DNA of 64,000 nucleotides from an uncultured Candidatus Saccharibacteria bacterium (GTDB lineage: Bacteria > Patescibacteriota > Minisyncoccia > Minisyncoccales > 2-12-FULL-40-12), in assembly GCA_964518135.1 (NCBI GenBank), contig CAZFEY010000001.1:2856-66855 (forward strand). The letters are read 5' to 3'. The position numbers and the translations under genes were made by a program. Shown piece after piece: positions 27,119-37,997 of the stretch (position 1 is its first letter; every line of letters starts with the position of its first letter). Under the pieces are notes generated by a model, which was not told where the DNA came from, ran no database searches, and was given only the letters and a program-made list of their open reading frames with translations.

Positions 27119-27955
27119 ATGACATCATCCATATTAAGGGAAACCGAAAAACTGTTAAAAGAGTCTAGAATAAGACCATCTAAAGGGTTGGGGCAGAATT
27201 TTCTGATTAGCGAAGCTGTCATCGAAAACATAATACAAACTGCCGACCTAGGACCAAATGACATCGTGCTAGAAATAGGTGCTGGCACAGGCATTCTAAC
27301 CAAAGAGCTAGCCAAGAAAGCTAAAAGAGTAATTACTATAGAAAAAGACGCTAGGATGGTAGCAATTTTACAAAAAGAGTTAGAGAAATTTAAAAATGTT
27401 AAGGTAGTTCATGGCGATACTTTGAGAATCCGCGACGACGAACTACCGACCATTAGCTACAAGCTGATTGCCAATTTACCCTACTATATAACAACTCCTG
27501 TAATCAGGAAGTCCCTAGAGTCAAGTAGGCCGCCAAAAACAATGGTTTTAATGGTTCAAAAAGAGGTTGCGCAAAAAATCGTAGCCAAGCCGCCAAAAAC
27601 AAACCTACTGGCAGTATCTGTGCATATATATGCGCGCCCTAAGATTGTATCGTTCGTCTCTAAAGAATCTTTCTGGCCAAAACCAAGAGTTGATTCCGCG
27701 ATCCTCCAAATTACTCCACTAATTAACGCTGATAAAAAACTAATAAACACTAATGCATTTTTCAAAATACTGAAGGCAGGATTCTCCCAGCCAAGGAAAC
27801 AGCTTCTTAATAATTTTTCAAATGTGTTAAAATTAAAAAAGGAAGTGACAAAAAACTTATTAATAAAACAAGGGATAGACCCAACAAGAAGAGCGGGAAC
27901 CATAACTATAGAAGAGTGGATCCAGTTGACAGAAAACTTCTCTAGTATTTTATAA
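27119..27955 (+). CDS. rsmA: 16S rRNA m6,2A dimethyltransferase
   Basis: LGQNFL, VLEIGAGTG, IANLPYYIT, MVQKEVA, F.PKPRVDSA. Confidence 0.96.
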   Translation: MTSSILRETEKLLKESRIRPSKGLGQNFLISEAVIENIIQTADLGPNDIVLEIGAGTGILTKELAKKAKRVITIEKDARMVAILQKELEKFKNVKVVHGDTLRIRDDELPTISYKLIANLPYYITTPVIRKSLESSRPPKTMVLMVQKEVAQKIVAKPPKTNLLAVSVHIYARPKIVSFVSKESFWPKPRVDSAILQITPLINADKKLINTNAFFKILKAGFSQPRKQLLNNFSNVLKLKKEVTKNLLIKQGIDPTRRAGTITIEEWIQLTENFSSIL

Positions 27956-27977
27956 TTCGTTGCTATAAAATATATCA

Positions 27978-30533
27978 ATGGCTAATAAAAAAATAGTTCT
28001 AGCAATGCTGCTCGCCGTAGTTATTGTTCCTGTATTCTTTTCTTTTGCTTGGGCACAGAACGATAGAGAGCTAGAAGTTGACTACCCGGACATTGGCGGA
28101 ATAGCAGGACCAACCAAAGTTACCGTAGGGCTTCCAGAATACATTAGATATATTTTTAATTTCGTTGTTGGGTTTGCTGGTGTTATTTTATTATACGCCC
28201 TGATAAGGGGAGGCCTTTCTTATTTAGCCTCGGGGGCAAATGTGGCAAAATTAAAAACGGCAAGAGAGCAACTCGGCTCTGTCTTTTTGGGAATAGTAAT
28301 CCTTTTGTCATCTTACATCATCTTAACTACCATTAATCCTCAATTGGCTATTTTAAACCTTCCAATTTTTAGCAATCTGAATTTGGGAGGAGGAACTCCT
28401 GCAACATTCACCACAGACGAAGCGTCTATAATCTATTATGAGATTCCGATTGGACAAATGATAAAAAATGGGGTCTGGAAAACGAGCGCGATAGAAGCAA
28501 TGACCAACATAGATGAAACGGGAATATTAGACGAATTTGAAAAATTTATTACAAGCGAAATTACCACAAGAGATGGAATTTCTATTAAAAGAATCTCTGA
28601 TTTAAATAAATACCTTAAAACATTAGCCGAGAGTTGTAGCTGTAGTGAGATGTCTCCGATCTGTACCAAGCCTAAAAACTTTACCATTGATGTTGGCTGT
28701 ACCGGAGATCCTTGTGAAAAAAATAGAGACAAAATAGAAGACGTCCTAGACATCAATAGCAAGCTAATAGAAAATCCTGACGAGCCAATAAATAGCCTTA
28801 AAGAATTCAATGACAAAATAAAGGATAATCCTGATGAGCCAATAAATAGCCTTAAAGAATTCCTAGAAGAACAAGATAAATTTTTTAACAATCTTGATGT
28901 CCAAGAAAAATTTTCTGAGTGCTTAGAGACTGGGTTTTTAATAACACAGGGTGAATATTTACAATCCGTACGCTACTACGAAGATCAAGGAATTAAAACA
29001 GAGGTCGTCCAGAGCTATATGCCTTCTAAAGGCGACCCATTTACATTTTATTGCACCGTTGGCGGCACAATGATGGATATACCGATAAAGCAAGACGAAC
29101 TTTCCGTACCTATATCGGGTGGAACTGGGTTTGACTTACCGCCATCCGCAACAGAAGAGCCTGAACCATTGAGCTGTCCCGGCGTGGTGCCTATTGGCGA
29201 AATAATAGACGTTGTTGGATCTGCTTCTGTGATATCGAATGAAAACTTAACAGGGCTTACGGAGTTAATCGACGAACTAACAATCGAGATGAGAGATATG
29301 GCCGATAGAATATCGGAGTGCAACGAAGACAGTTGCAAATCACCACAGACTGGCAAGAATGCTGCTAATTGTAAGTGCTTTCCTAATCCTTGTTATATAC
29401 CTCCCGGCGTCCCCTGTCCTCCCGGTTTGGGATTTTGCGTTGGACAGATGTGCATGACCCCTTGTCTCAAGCCATCTCCTGGTAGTTGTGAGGCTAAAAA
29501 TTTTGATGCCCCAAACTATGGCTCACCATGCCCTTTGGGAAGATTGGCTGAATCTTCTGAACCAGGAGATCCCCCAGACATAAAGTCAATGGAAAAAACC
29601 ATTAAAGACATTAAGAGAACTGAAAATACAATTCTTGAAGCTATCGAAGGGCTAAGGCAAGGCTTTTCCAATACGCCCTACGTTGTTGAAACTCCGCAAC
29701 AAATCCCAATAGACTTAGTAGAGGGAGTCAAATGGGTTATGGGATTTTGTAGAAATGAAGATATTGTCAATCCAACCTGGGCAATGGTAAATTGCGGCTT
29801 GGCTACCGGCAATATAGGACCTGATGGCAATGAAATTGCTGGATGCGATCTGCGAAGTTTCTTTTGCTGTACTGGCGATAGGGCAGCAGCAGAAAACGCA
29901 AGACTATCATATTCTAGCGGTGGAGGTGGAGGCGGGGGTGGACAATATGCCGCAACCTATTACACCCCATACGTTGGTCCACCAGTAGCGACTGATGGCG
30001 CATGCAACCAAAGAATCATTACGCAAGCATCAAAATATGACGGAATACTTTATAGTCAAGGATGGAATAAGTCAACATATCCTGCTGAATGCCGAACTCG
30101 AAGTAGGGGCCATTGTTACACGGCTGCGGAAAATAAAGGACCAGAAGGAGTACAATGCCTAGATTGTTCTGGTTTCGCTAGTCGCGTTTATAGAGATCTT
30201 GGTATTCTCCCGCTAGCACCAACTGACCCGAGCGCAGGATGGTGTCATCATGTAGCAGCAATAATAGCCAATAGGTCATATTTCTACGAAATATCAGCGC
30301 AAGATATATTACCAGGAGATTTAGTTACGAATGGCTCTGGTTCTGAAGGAGACCCTATGCATGTTGTTATTTATGAAAGCGGTGATGCCTCAAGAAGATT
30401 TTGGACGTGGCAAGAAGGAGGCGGAGGCGGTGGTGGCCTTCCCGGCTGTAATGGTAAAGTATGTAGAACAGAAAGGACCGCGCGAAGCAATCAGCGATAC
30501 TGGAGAAGAGTAAATGAATGCGATACGTTCTAA
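27978..30533 (+). CDS. Pilin-like N-terminus, Cys-rich region and C-terminal NlpC/P60-like domain
   Basis: LEVDYP...YI..IF...G..Y..SG...LSSYIIL.TINPQL; LDCSGF...PGDLV...HVVIY. Confidence 0.7.
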   Translation: MANKKIVLAMLLAVVIVPVFFSFAWAQNDRELEVDYPDIGGIAGPTKVTVGLPEYIRYIFNFVVGFAGVILLYALIRGGLSYLASGANVAKLKTAREQLGSVFLGIVILLSSYIILTTINPQLAILNLPIFSNLNLGGGTPATFTTDEASIIYYEIPIGQMIKNGVWKTSAIEAMTNIDETGILDEFEKFITSEITTRDGISIKRISDLNKYLKTLAESCSCSEMSPICTKPKNFTIDVGCTGDPCEKNRDKIEDVLDINSKLIENPDEPINSLKEFNDKIKDNPDEPINSLKEFLEEQDKFFNNLDVQEKFSECLETGFLITQGEYLQSVRYYEDQGIKTEVVQSYMPSKGDPFTFYCTVGGTMMDIPIKQDELSVPISGGTGFDLPPSATEEPEPLSCPGVVPIGEIIDVVGSASVISNENLTGLTELIDELTIEMRDMADRISECNEDSCKSPQTGKNAANCKCFPNPCYIPPGVPCPPGLGFCVGQMCMTPCLKPSPGSCEAKNFDAPNYGSPCPLGRLAESSEPGDPPDIKSMEKTIKDIKRTENTILEAIEGLRQGFSNTPYVVETPQQIPIDLVEGVKWVMGFCRNEDIVNPTWAMVNCGLATGNIGPDGNEIAGCDLRSFFCCTGDRAAAENARLSYSSGGGGGGGGQYAATYYTPYVGPPVATDGACNQRIITQASKYDGILYSQGWNKSTYPAECRTRSRGHCYTAAENKGPEGVQCLDCSGFASRVYRDLGILPLAPTDPSAGWCHHVAAIIANRSYFYEISAQDILPGDLVTNGSGSEGDPMHVVIYESGDASRRFWTWQEGGGGGGGLPGCNGKVCRTERTARSNQRYWRRVNECDTF
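28773..28862 (+). repeat. 36-bp in-frame direct repeat (NPDEPINSLKEF x2)
   Basis: 28773-28808 vs 28827-28862, 35/36 identical. Confidence 0.9.
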
Positions 30534-30592
30534 AAAATCTTAGCGGAAATATTTTAATAACCCCACTTTGAGTTGTTGATAAAATATTATTT

Positions 30593-33500
30593 ATGAATAA
30601 AAAAAGTATTTATAATGTATTTAAAAAAACTAGCGGCCTGACCATCCCTCTTTTCGCATTAATCTTAGCCACGATTGCGATCTTGTTAGTTGCAACCAAA
30701 AGTGCGGCTCAAATACCATCTCTTTTTCTGCCAAATTTTCCAAGCAGATTAATGTATTTATCGGACGCGATAGCTAATACTAGCCAAGAATTAATCAGTC
30801 CAAATCAAGACATGATAGATCTTGTTAATGAATGTAGCTGCGAATTCTCACAATCCCAATGCAAACAAATTATAACAAATGGACAACCGTCTGGCTGTGT
30901 AACGATTGGGGCTATCGGTAAACCTTGTTCTTTGGTATCTCCAGGAGAAGAAACAGAACCTACGATCCGCAGTTTACAGCGAAAATCTCGTAATTTGGCA
31001 TTGGATTTATCTTACTTGCGAAAACTTCTAATTAAAGAAAAAGAGGCGGGACTAGAAAGACAACTTGAAACATTAAGAAAAGATCCAAGTGCGGGCATTG
31101 ACGACGCTCAAGACCTAAGAGATGCAATTAATATCATCCTTGGAACTTCTGCCGATTACGCAGACGGCGCCCTTTCTAAGGTCATAACAAAAGCGGAGGC
31201 TAATCTAGAAAGACCAAAACAGTGCTCGACCAATGCTTGTACCCCTCATTGCGGCCCAGGAGATAGTTTCTCTTTAAGTGAGTATATGTGTTTACCAGCT
31301 CTTACCTTCGAACTTGGCGAGGTAAAACCAACCGTTATTAATTTCCATGCTGGAATTGAGATTGAGGATTGGGAGCTTGGCAAGATAGAAATAACCAATG
31401 TTAAATTAAATCTTCCAGAGTCAATTGACATACCCGAACTTCCGGGACTAAAAATGCCATCTTTTTCGATATCTGTGCCGGAAATCAAAATTGACTGTCC
31501 AACCAAAAAACAAGAAATTTCCTTCCAAACTCCACAACCCTCTCTGCCAAAAACACCGACGATGAAATTATCCTGCCCAACCTATAATACGACTGCTAGC
31601 TATCAATACCCATCAGACCTTCAACCGGGCAGTGAAAAGTATCGAGAATTCGAATGGTTTTTGGAAACTTTCTCTTGGTTATCGGGCATATGTATGGATG
31701 CGGTATGGGGAGATGGAGATTTACCGGATAGCCAAAAAATGCAATACCCCGATAAATTCAATCAGTCTTTAACTACTTGTTTCGACCCATTTAATGTTGC
31801 TAATAAATTAATACAGGAGTGTAACGAACAGTATGCGAACTATCATCCATCCAACCCACCAAGCGGTCCACCGCCAGTTTATCCTGCCTGTGAATATTGG
31901 GTTAACAAACAACCGGCCGAGTTTGGCAGTATAACAGAAGAACATTGTTTTAAATTTTTTGAAGGATTTGCCGATCCATCAGGAACGCAGGGGTGGGAAG
32001 ATATCGACGGAAACCCTGCAACGAACGATCCAAAAACATTTGACCCTGGAACAAAAGATAAAATATATGACTATCTCGAGCAAAAATACGGAATCACAAT
32101 AGACGACGAACCCCAAGACCAATGTCGTGATAAACTAGACCCTCTACCAACCCTTATTGATTCTTGCAATAAACTTCGCGAGCTACATCCCCAGAAACAA
32201 GCTATAGAATTCCCCGATCAATGTAAGATCTTACCAATATTTTACAATCTTCCAGACTATATCCCTCCCCATCAAATTGCTAGTCCAGAAGTTCTTGAGT
32301 TATTTGCTCAATCTCAATTATTATCAGGGCAACAAATGAACGACCTGCCAAGCAAATCGATTTCCGGTTGCCCCTCTATTGGAGCTCCTTCAATACCTAA
32401 AATACCATTATCTAAGTACTCGATAATTATTCCCGATATCAAGCTACCAACTTTTAAATTGGGTCCGTTCTTCAGAATAAAATTACCTAGTCTAATTTTT
32501 GAGGATTTGATATTTGAAGATATTGAACTATGCAATCTGGATGATTGCCAATTCAAATTCCCCAATTTAAACTTTGAAGCACCAACGTTAACAATACCTC
32601 AAATAGACGTTCCATCGATTAAGCTTGAGAGCTTTAACGTACCTGGCATTCCTAACGATATCGGCAAGGGCATAGAGATAAGTATAAGCCCTATGGAATT
32701 TCAGCCATTTGATTTTGACTTTTCACAGCTGATTAATTTAAATTCTCTGGTTTCTCCAGAATTCCAGACTCCCGATATTTCTCTCCCCAAACCGAAACTG
32801 ACGTTTGGCTTTGAGGGACTTGATATTGATTTCACAAGTTTGCTATCTGGATTATTTGATTTTAACCTTCCGCCAAACCCTGGTCTCGCATGCCTCCCAG
32901 AATTTTGGAATATAGATGGCATACCTATCGCATTCGACTTCCCTGACTATATTTTTTCTTGGCCTGCATTCCCAGATATCCCTGAAATTCCTGGCTGCGC
33001 GGATGCTAAAAAATTCTGCAAAGACATCAATGGTTCTATTCAGAAAATAACTGAACAGGCTGGAGAAATTCAAGAAGTTGTTAATGGCACTATCCAAACT
33101 GAAATCCAAGGCGTTCTTAATATGTTCAAAAATGAGATAGAAAACCAATTAACGGGCGCTATCGAAAGCAAGCTTAACGATATCGCAACAGAAATTAAAA
33201 AAGAAATTTACAATTGGATCCAAAGCAATGCTCCACCATCAACAAGCCTACCCTCAGCTCCGATACCGGGAGTATTCCCAGTAGCTGATGGGCTTTCTTG
33301 TCAAGGACTACCGCCTTTAACTATTGACCTAAAAGATATTCTTGGCGACCTATATATTAACACGATAGAATTGGAAGATTATTTACCACCGGGGTTGAAT
33401 CTGGAAAAAATTTCTATTCCCTGGCCAGATGAGTTAAAAAACTTAGATCTTTCAACGATAAACAATCCTCTATGCTCGGACTGTAAAGGATTAAGTTATG

Positions 33501-33766
33501 AACTACCAACCGTTCCTCTCTCTGGTCTTAAATATGAAAAAAGTGTACCAATTGAGCTCCCCGGATTCCAATATCCTTCTCCACAAATTAATTTCGGGAG
33601 TCCTTTACCAAATGCAACTGCCTGTGTTAGCCAACCGCCGACTGGGAACGCTTGCGGCGCAGCTCCTGGCGACATGCAAACCGACCTTACTGGTTCTGAT
33701 GGCATACAAGAGCTCAGCCAAAAACTTAACGATGCTTCTAAAAAGATAAGGGATGTATTACAATAA
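30593..33766 (+). CDS. Large secreted Cys/Pro-rich protein
   Basis: Signal peptide; ECSCEFSQSQC motif resembling the upstream gene; P/I/L-rich blocks. Confidence 0.7.
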   Translation: MNKKSIYNVFKKTSGLTIPLFALILATIAILLVATKSAAQIPSLFLPNFPSRLMYLSDAIANTSQELISPNQDMIDLVNECSCEFSQSQCKQIITNGQPSGCVTIGAIGKPCSLVSPGEETEPTIRSLQRKSRNLALDLSYLRKLLIKEKEAGLERQLETLRKDPSAGIDDAQDLRDAINIILGTSADYADGALSKVITKAEANLERPKQCSTNACTPHCGPGDSFSLSEYMCLPALTFELGEVKPTVINFHAGIEIEDWELGKIEITNVKLNLPESIDIPELPGLKMPSFSISVPEIKIDCPTKKQEISFQTPQPSLPKTPTMKLSCPTYNTTASYQYPSDLQPGSEKYREFEWFLETFSWLSGICMDAVWGDGDLPDSQKMQYPDKFNQSLTTCFDPFNVANKLIQECNEQYANYHPSNPPSGPPPVYPACEYWVNKQPAEFGSITEEHCFKFFEGFADPSGTQGWEDIDGNPATNDPKTFDPGTKDKIYDYLEQKYGITIDDEPQDQCRDKLDPLPTLIDSCNKLRELHPQKQAIEFPDQCKILPIFYNLPDYIPPHQIASPEVLELFAQSQLLSGQQMNDLPSKSISGCPSIGAPSIPKIPLSKYSIIIPDIKLPTFKLGPFFRIKLPSLIFEDLIFEDIELCNLDDCQFKFPNLNFEAPTLTIPQIDVPSIKLESFNVPGIPNDIGKGIEISISPMEFQPFDFDFSQLINLNSLVSPEFQTPDISLPKPKLTFGFEGLDIDFTSLLSGLFDFNLPPNPGLACLPEFWNIDGIPIAFDFPDYIFSWPAFPDIPEIPGCADAKKFCKDINGSIQKITEQAGEIQEVVNGTIQTEIQGVLNMFKNEIENQLTGAIESKLNDIATEIKKEIYNWIQSNAPPSTSLPSAPIPGVFPVADGLSCQGLPPLTIDLKDILGDLYINTIELEDYLPPGLNLEKISIPWPDELKNLDLSTINNPLCSDCKGLSYELPTVPLSGLKYEKSVPIELPGFQYPSPQINFGSPLPNATACVSQPPTGNACGAAPGDMQTDLTGSDGIQELSQKLNDASKKIRDVLQ

Positions 33767-35465
33767 CATAACATCAATGAAGCAGGAAAAAGATAAAATT
33801 AATAAAACCGTCTTTCTTGTGATCGCAATTTTGTTTTTGTCTTTTTCTTTTAGCGATTATGCAGTAGCGGCATTAGCTAAAAAATGTGGCCCCGATAATC
33901 CTAGCGACCCCGCTTGTCTCCCCGGACAAAAGTGCGTAGAACAAGAATTGGGATCACCACCCGAAACAGAGTGGAGGTGTGCCAGGCCATTGGAAATTAT
34001 TTACCCTCAAATCCCAGGACAACCTGCGACAACAACGCCAGAAACGGTTGCTACTGGCCTCTCTCAATACTTTAGATATATTTTCCTATTTGCAGTTTTT
34101 CTTATCGGATTAGTAATCCTGGCCGTTTTTGTTTATTACGGAACAAGATATATGTCGTTGGCTTCGACCGGAAACGTGTCCGGACTCGCCGATGCCAAGC
34201 AAGGTATTAGCGCGGCTCTATTAGGAACTGCAATCTTGGTGTGCTCCTATGTTATATTTAATACTATAAATCCACAACTAACTATCCTTTCATTGCCAAG
34301 CGCGGCAATCTTAGAACAAGTAATCCCACCCGGCGTTTACGTCTGCAATTACGAATACAGCGGTAATTCAGTTACAAGCAAGGCTGTCAGTGAAAATCTT
34401 ATAGCCGATGACAGTATTGGCACTATTCTGTCTGCTTACATTTCTAAAGCAGGGGAAGAGCAAATCGAGATTGTTAAATTAATGCAAAGCATATTTGTTG
34501 ATCCGGACAATAATGATCATACCTGTCCAAAGGTCAATTTTTCTGGTAATTTCCAAAACTTTGCAGTCGAAGAAAAGAATACAATGTTTGTTGTCCCATC
34601 TATAAGATTTTCTGCTCAACTTAAAGCTGGTAGTACCGACGAATACGAGTATGTAAAAAAACCGTCCTACGAATACGGCTTGATTTTACACGAGAAAGAT
34701 GATTTAAGAGGTAAATGTTTAGAATATCCGAATATTAACGATTACGGTGGACAAATTTACACCGAGGTCACGTTTGAAAATGGAAGAATGATGATTGGCG
34801 ATACTCCTTATAGCACCGGAGGGACATATGTGAATCCAATAAAGGACTTTGAGGCGGGGGTGGGAATTCCAAACAATAACTTTTCCAAGAATCGCGCCAG
34901 ATCAATAACAATTTTTAAAAGACCAGAAATAAAACCATCCTCAACAGCCCAAGGATTAACATTACATATGTGCGCTGATTACGACAGAACCGGAATGTGT
35001 CCACAGTCTCTGTATGATGCTGGGGCAATAGACACGACAACGGGGGAACCTAAATATCCAGCTAGTGCTAATTTCCCACCTAACTTAGCACCGCCAGCAG
35101 ACCCTAAAGATACAGACGTTTATTCTCTTTATTCCAGTGATCCCAATTTGCCCATCGACCCTCGCTTAGAGAACGTAGCTCCGGGGACAGGAAACGGTTA
35201 TGGTATACGATCAACTCGAATCGATCCCGACAATTCAGTATTCGCGATTTTAATGGATGCCGAGAATAATTGCTCGATTCTTAAAGGCGATAATCCCGAT
35301 ATTGGAAATATAGCAATCAATAAATGTGATTTTGACGTCGATCAACAGGTAGGCGGTCGCTGTGACTCAAAACACGGTCTTTTGTGGTGGCACTGGGGCG
35401 GATTCACTGATAAATGCGTGCCCTGCGTTACCACAATACAAGTTTTTGAAGGTAAAGTATTGTAA
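33753..35465 (+). CDS. Pilin-like membrane protein with large Cys-containing C-terminal domain
   Basis: LEIIYP...YF.YIF...G.RY...A..G..IL.CSY.IFNTINPQL, paralogous to the N-terminus of 27978..30533. Confidence 0.7.
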   Translation: MYYNNITSMKQEKDKINKTVFLVIAILFLSFSFSDYAVAALAKKCGPDNPSDPACLPGQKCVEQELGSPPETEWRCARPLEIIYPQIPGQPATTTPETVATGLSQYFRYIFLFAVFLIGLVILAVFVYYGTRYMSLASTGNVSGLADAKQGISAALLGTAILVCSYVIFNTINPQLTILSLPSAAILEQVIPPGVYVCNYEYSGNSVTSKAVSENLIADDSIGTILSAYISKAGEEQIEIVKLMQSIFVDPDNNDHTCPKVNFSGNFQNFAVEEKNTMFVVPSIRFSAQLKAGSTDEYEYVKKPSYEYGLILHEKDDLRGKCLEYPNINDYGGQIYTEVTFENGRMMIGDTPYSTGGTYVNPIKDFEAGVGIPNNNFSKNRARSITIFKRPEIKPSSTAQGLTLHMCADYDRTGMCPQSLYDAGAIDTTTGEPKYPASANFPPNLAPPADPKDTDVYSLYSSDPNLPIDPRLENVAPGTGNGYGIRSTRIDPDNSVFAILMDAENNCSILKGDNPDIGNIAINKCDFDVDQQVGGRCDSKHGLLWWHWGGFTDKCVPCVTTIQVFEGKVL

Positions 35466-35486
35466 TATTGAATATTTAAAAAACCG

Positions 35487-37070
35487 ATGATAGAGCGTCT
35501 TATCGCCGTATTCACGGCTATCCCAACCCTTATAATTGCGGCTATCTATCTGCTCTTTATTTTGATTACTGGGTTTTTTGTGTCTGTGGCAAGTGGTCTT
35601 TTAGAATGGATAATCAGCCCAAACTTTATTTCTTTAAGCTATACCAAGCCCTGTCTAGCAATCAACAATTACCAGCCTACCGGATCCGCAGATACTTGCA
35701 ACCCCGTAATTGGGCTTGGTTTAGATACTATCCAGCAATTTGTTAACATGTTATTGGTGTTGATACTAATATATATAGCGCTCTCAATAGCCCTTAGAGC
35801 TGGCGGAGGCAAAGCTGAAAAATTATTTCCGCAACTAATCATTGTGGCTCTCTTAGTCAATTTCGCTCCAGTTTTCATAGGTTTAGTTGTTGATGCGGCC
35901 AATATTTTAATGAATTATTTCTTAACCCCTTTACAGGGCGGATTTAGCCAGATCGGGGCTCAGTTATCTGTATTTTGGGATGCGATAGTAAAAAACTTCT
36001 CGAAAATATGGTCTGACCTACCAAGCCAAATGACGCTATTGGGCATGGGATCTGTAATAGTATTTGTAAATATTACCGTGGCGACGATCTTATTCTTGTT
36101 CGCAGGAATCCTTTTTGTCAGGTTTATAGCTATCTGGGTAATTGTCATCTTGTCTCCTCTGGCTTTTGTCTTTTCGATCCTACCTCAAACCAATAATCTG
36201 TATAAAATGTGGGAAAAACAGCTAGTCCAGTGGTCATTTGTAGGAATACCGATCGCGTTTTTTATGTATCTCGGCGTTTCAAGCCTATCTGTACTAACGC
36301 AGAACTTTAATGCCGCCTCGATACAAGCCCCGAATTTAAATTCTTCAGTATCGCAGCTTTTGAGTCAATTACTCCCTTATTTCACTGTGGTTATTTTCTT
36401 GGTAATAGGACTCTTTGTGGGAATTTCCATGTCGGCGATGGGCGCTAACGCTGTCGTAAAAGGTATGGGAAAGGGAGCCGCTGCGGTTGGGAACTGGAGC
36501 AAAGGAAAGATTGGCGACTTAGGAAACAGGGTCAGGCAAGGCGCAAAGAATCGGGCAGGGCAATTCACATTTGCTCAAAGACAATCTATGAATGCCGGAA
36601 GAACAAAATTACAAGCCTTTACGTCTGGAACAATGGCAGCGGCTGGTTGGACTCATTCGAAACAGAAAAGCACCGGTATGGTATACCGTGCCGCAAGAAA
36701 AACAGGCTACGGAAAATTGCGCGCAGCATGGGCAACTACCGCTGCGACCACTGGTCTCAATAGAGGTATAAATACTGCTTTAAGAGGTCAAATTAAGCTT
36801 CAAGCATATAAAAAGGGACTGGCGCAAGGCATGACCAAAAAACAAGCAGTTAAGTACGCCCAACAATACACCGCGCTCTTGCAAAAACTACCTCAAAAAC
36901 GAAAAGATAGTGCGAAAAAGGCATTTAAGAAGGGAGCTGGAACAATATTATGGAGAGCTCCCATGGCGGTAACTAGAGGAATGAGTGGCGCTATCTTATT
37001 GGCTTTAAAAGAAATATATAAAGAATTAAGCAAAAAGAAGAAAACAAAAAAAACGAAAAAAAAGCCATAA
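35487..37070 (+). CDS. VirB6/TrbL-like polytopic membrane protein
   Basis: LIIVALLVNF, VRFIAIW..VILSPLAF...ILP.T....W; basic G/A/K-rich tail; T4SS-like context. Confidence 0.65.
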   Translation: MIERLIAVFTAIPTLIIAAIYLLFILITGFFVSVASGLLEWIISPNFISLSYTKPCLAINNYQPTGSADTCNPVIGLGLDTIQQFVNMLLVLILIYIALSIALRAGGGKAEKLFPQLIIVALLVNFAPVFIGLVVDAANILMNYFLTPLQGGFSQIGAQLSVFWDAIVKNFSKIWSDLPSQMTLLGMGSVIVFVNITVATILFLFAGILFVRFIAIWVIVILSPLAFVFSILPQTNNLYKMWEKQLVQWSFVGIPIAFFMYLGVSSLSVLTQNFNAASIQAPNLNSSVSQLLSQLLPYFTVVIFLVIGLFVGISMSAMGANAVVKGMGKGAAAVGNWSKGKIGDLGNRVRQGAKNRAGQFTFAQRQSMNAGRTKLQAFTSGTMAAAGWTHSKQKSTGMVYRAARKTGYGKLRAAWATTAATTGLNRGINTALRGQIKLQAYKKGLAQGMTKKQAVKYAQQYTALLQKLPQKRKDSAKKAFKKGAGTILWRAPMAVTRGMSGAILLALKEIYKELSKKKKTKKTKKKP

Positions 37071-37095
37071 AATAATAAATTTAAAATAAAAAACT

Positions 37096-37566
37096 ATGCC
37101 CGAAGAATTTGATATTCAAAAAGTAAAAGAAAATTACCCTGAAATACTAGAGATAATACCATCAGAAATCATAGACCTAGCCACTTCGGAAGATACTCAA
37201 AATAGCATCGCTGGTATTTGTATTGATAACGACATAGAAAGCGAAGAGATCATTGAAAATATTGCTTATTATATAGGTCTATCTTTGTTGGGCGAGTTGC
37301 CTATTCAACAATTAACAGACACTCTTGTTGAGAAAGTAGGATTAGAGCATGGCTTAGCGGAAAAAATATATACAGAAATCGATCAGGTAATATTTGATAA
37401 GGTTCGAAGTTCTTTGGAAGAATTATACAAGAAAAGAGATCAAGAAATAACAGAAGGAGAAATCGATGAATTATCCGAAGAACAAGAAGATTCTAGCGCG
37501 CCAGAAACGCAAAAAGCAGGAGATCAAGAATCAACAAAAGACACTTACCGAGAAAATATTGAATAA
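37096..37566 (+). CDS. Acidic hypothetical protein of the T4SS-like locus
   Basis: Open frame, LLGELP, C-terminal DTYRENIE. Confidence 0.7.
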   Translation: MPEEFDIQKVKENYPEILEIIPSEIIDLATSEDTQNSIAGICIDNDIESEEIIENIAYYIGLSLLGELPIQQLTDTLVEKVGLEHGLAEKIYTEIDQVIFDKVRSSLEELYKKRDQEITEGEIDELSEEQEDSSAPETQKAGDQESTKDTYRENIE

Positions 37567-37634
37567 GTAAACTCAATTCCTCCGGAATTAAACAGGCTTG
37601 ATTCTGACGAATAAAAAAGAGGGCGAGATTCCTC

Positions 37635-37997
37635 TCACCCTTCTTCATCTTCATCCTCCTCTTCGTCTTCATCCTCCTCCTCTTTTCTTCGAGGTTTAGG
37701 TTTAGACGATTTGAACTTAGATCGTTTTTTGTTGGTACCTTTCTTGGGTTTCTCATCGATCTCTACCTGGAAAACAGCTTCTAGGAAACCGATGATTATC
37801 ATCCAAATAATGTACCAAATTGCCATGATCGCGATCAGTAAACCGCTACCTATCGCGATCAAAATATTACCACCCATTTTCCAGCCAGAACCATTTCTGG
37901 TTGTTCTGCGAGGGATACGTCCGTAACGAGACTTTCTTCTATTGACGCGTCCACCGACATCAACAATGTCCTCCCCAAACTGTTCTTCATCCGTCAT
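37635..37997 (-). CDS. Hypothetical membrane protein
   Basis: One long hydrophobic stretch, acidic tail; start overlaps the SPFH gene stop. Confidence 0.6.
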   Translation of the reverse strand: MTDEEQFGEDIVDVGGRVNRRKSRYGRIPRRTTRNGSGWKMGGNILIAIGSGLLIAIMAIWYIIWMIIIGFLEAVFQVEIDEKPKKGTNKKRSKFKSSKPKPRRKEEEDEDEEEDEDEEG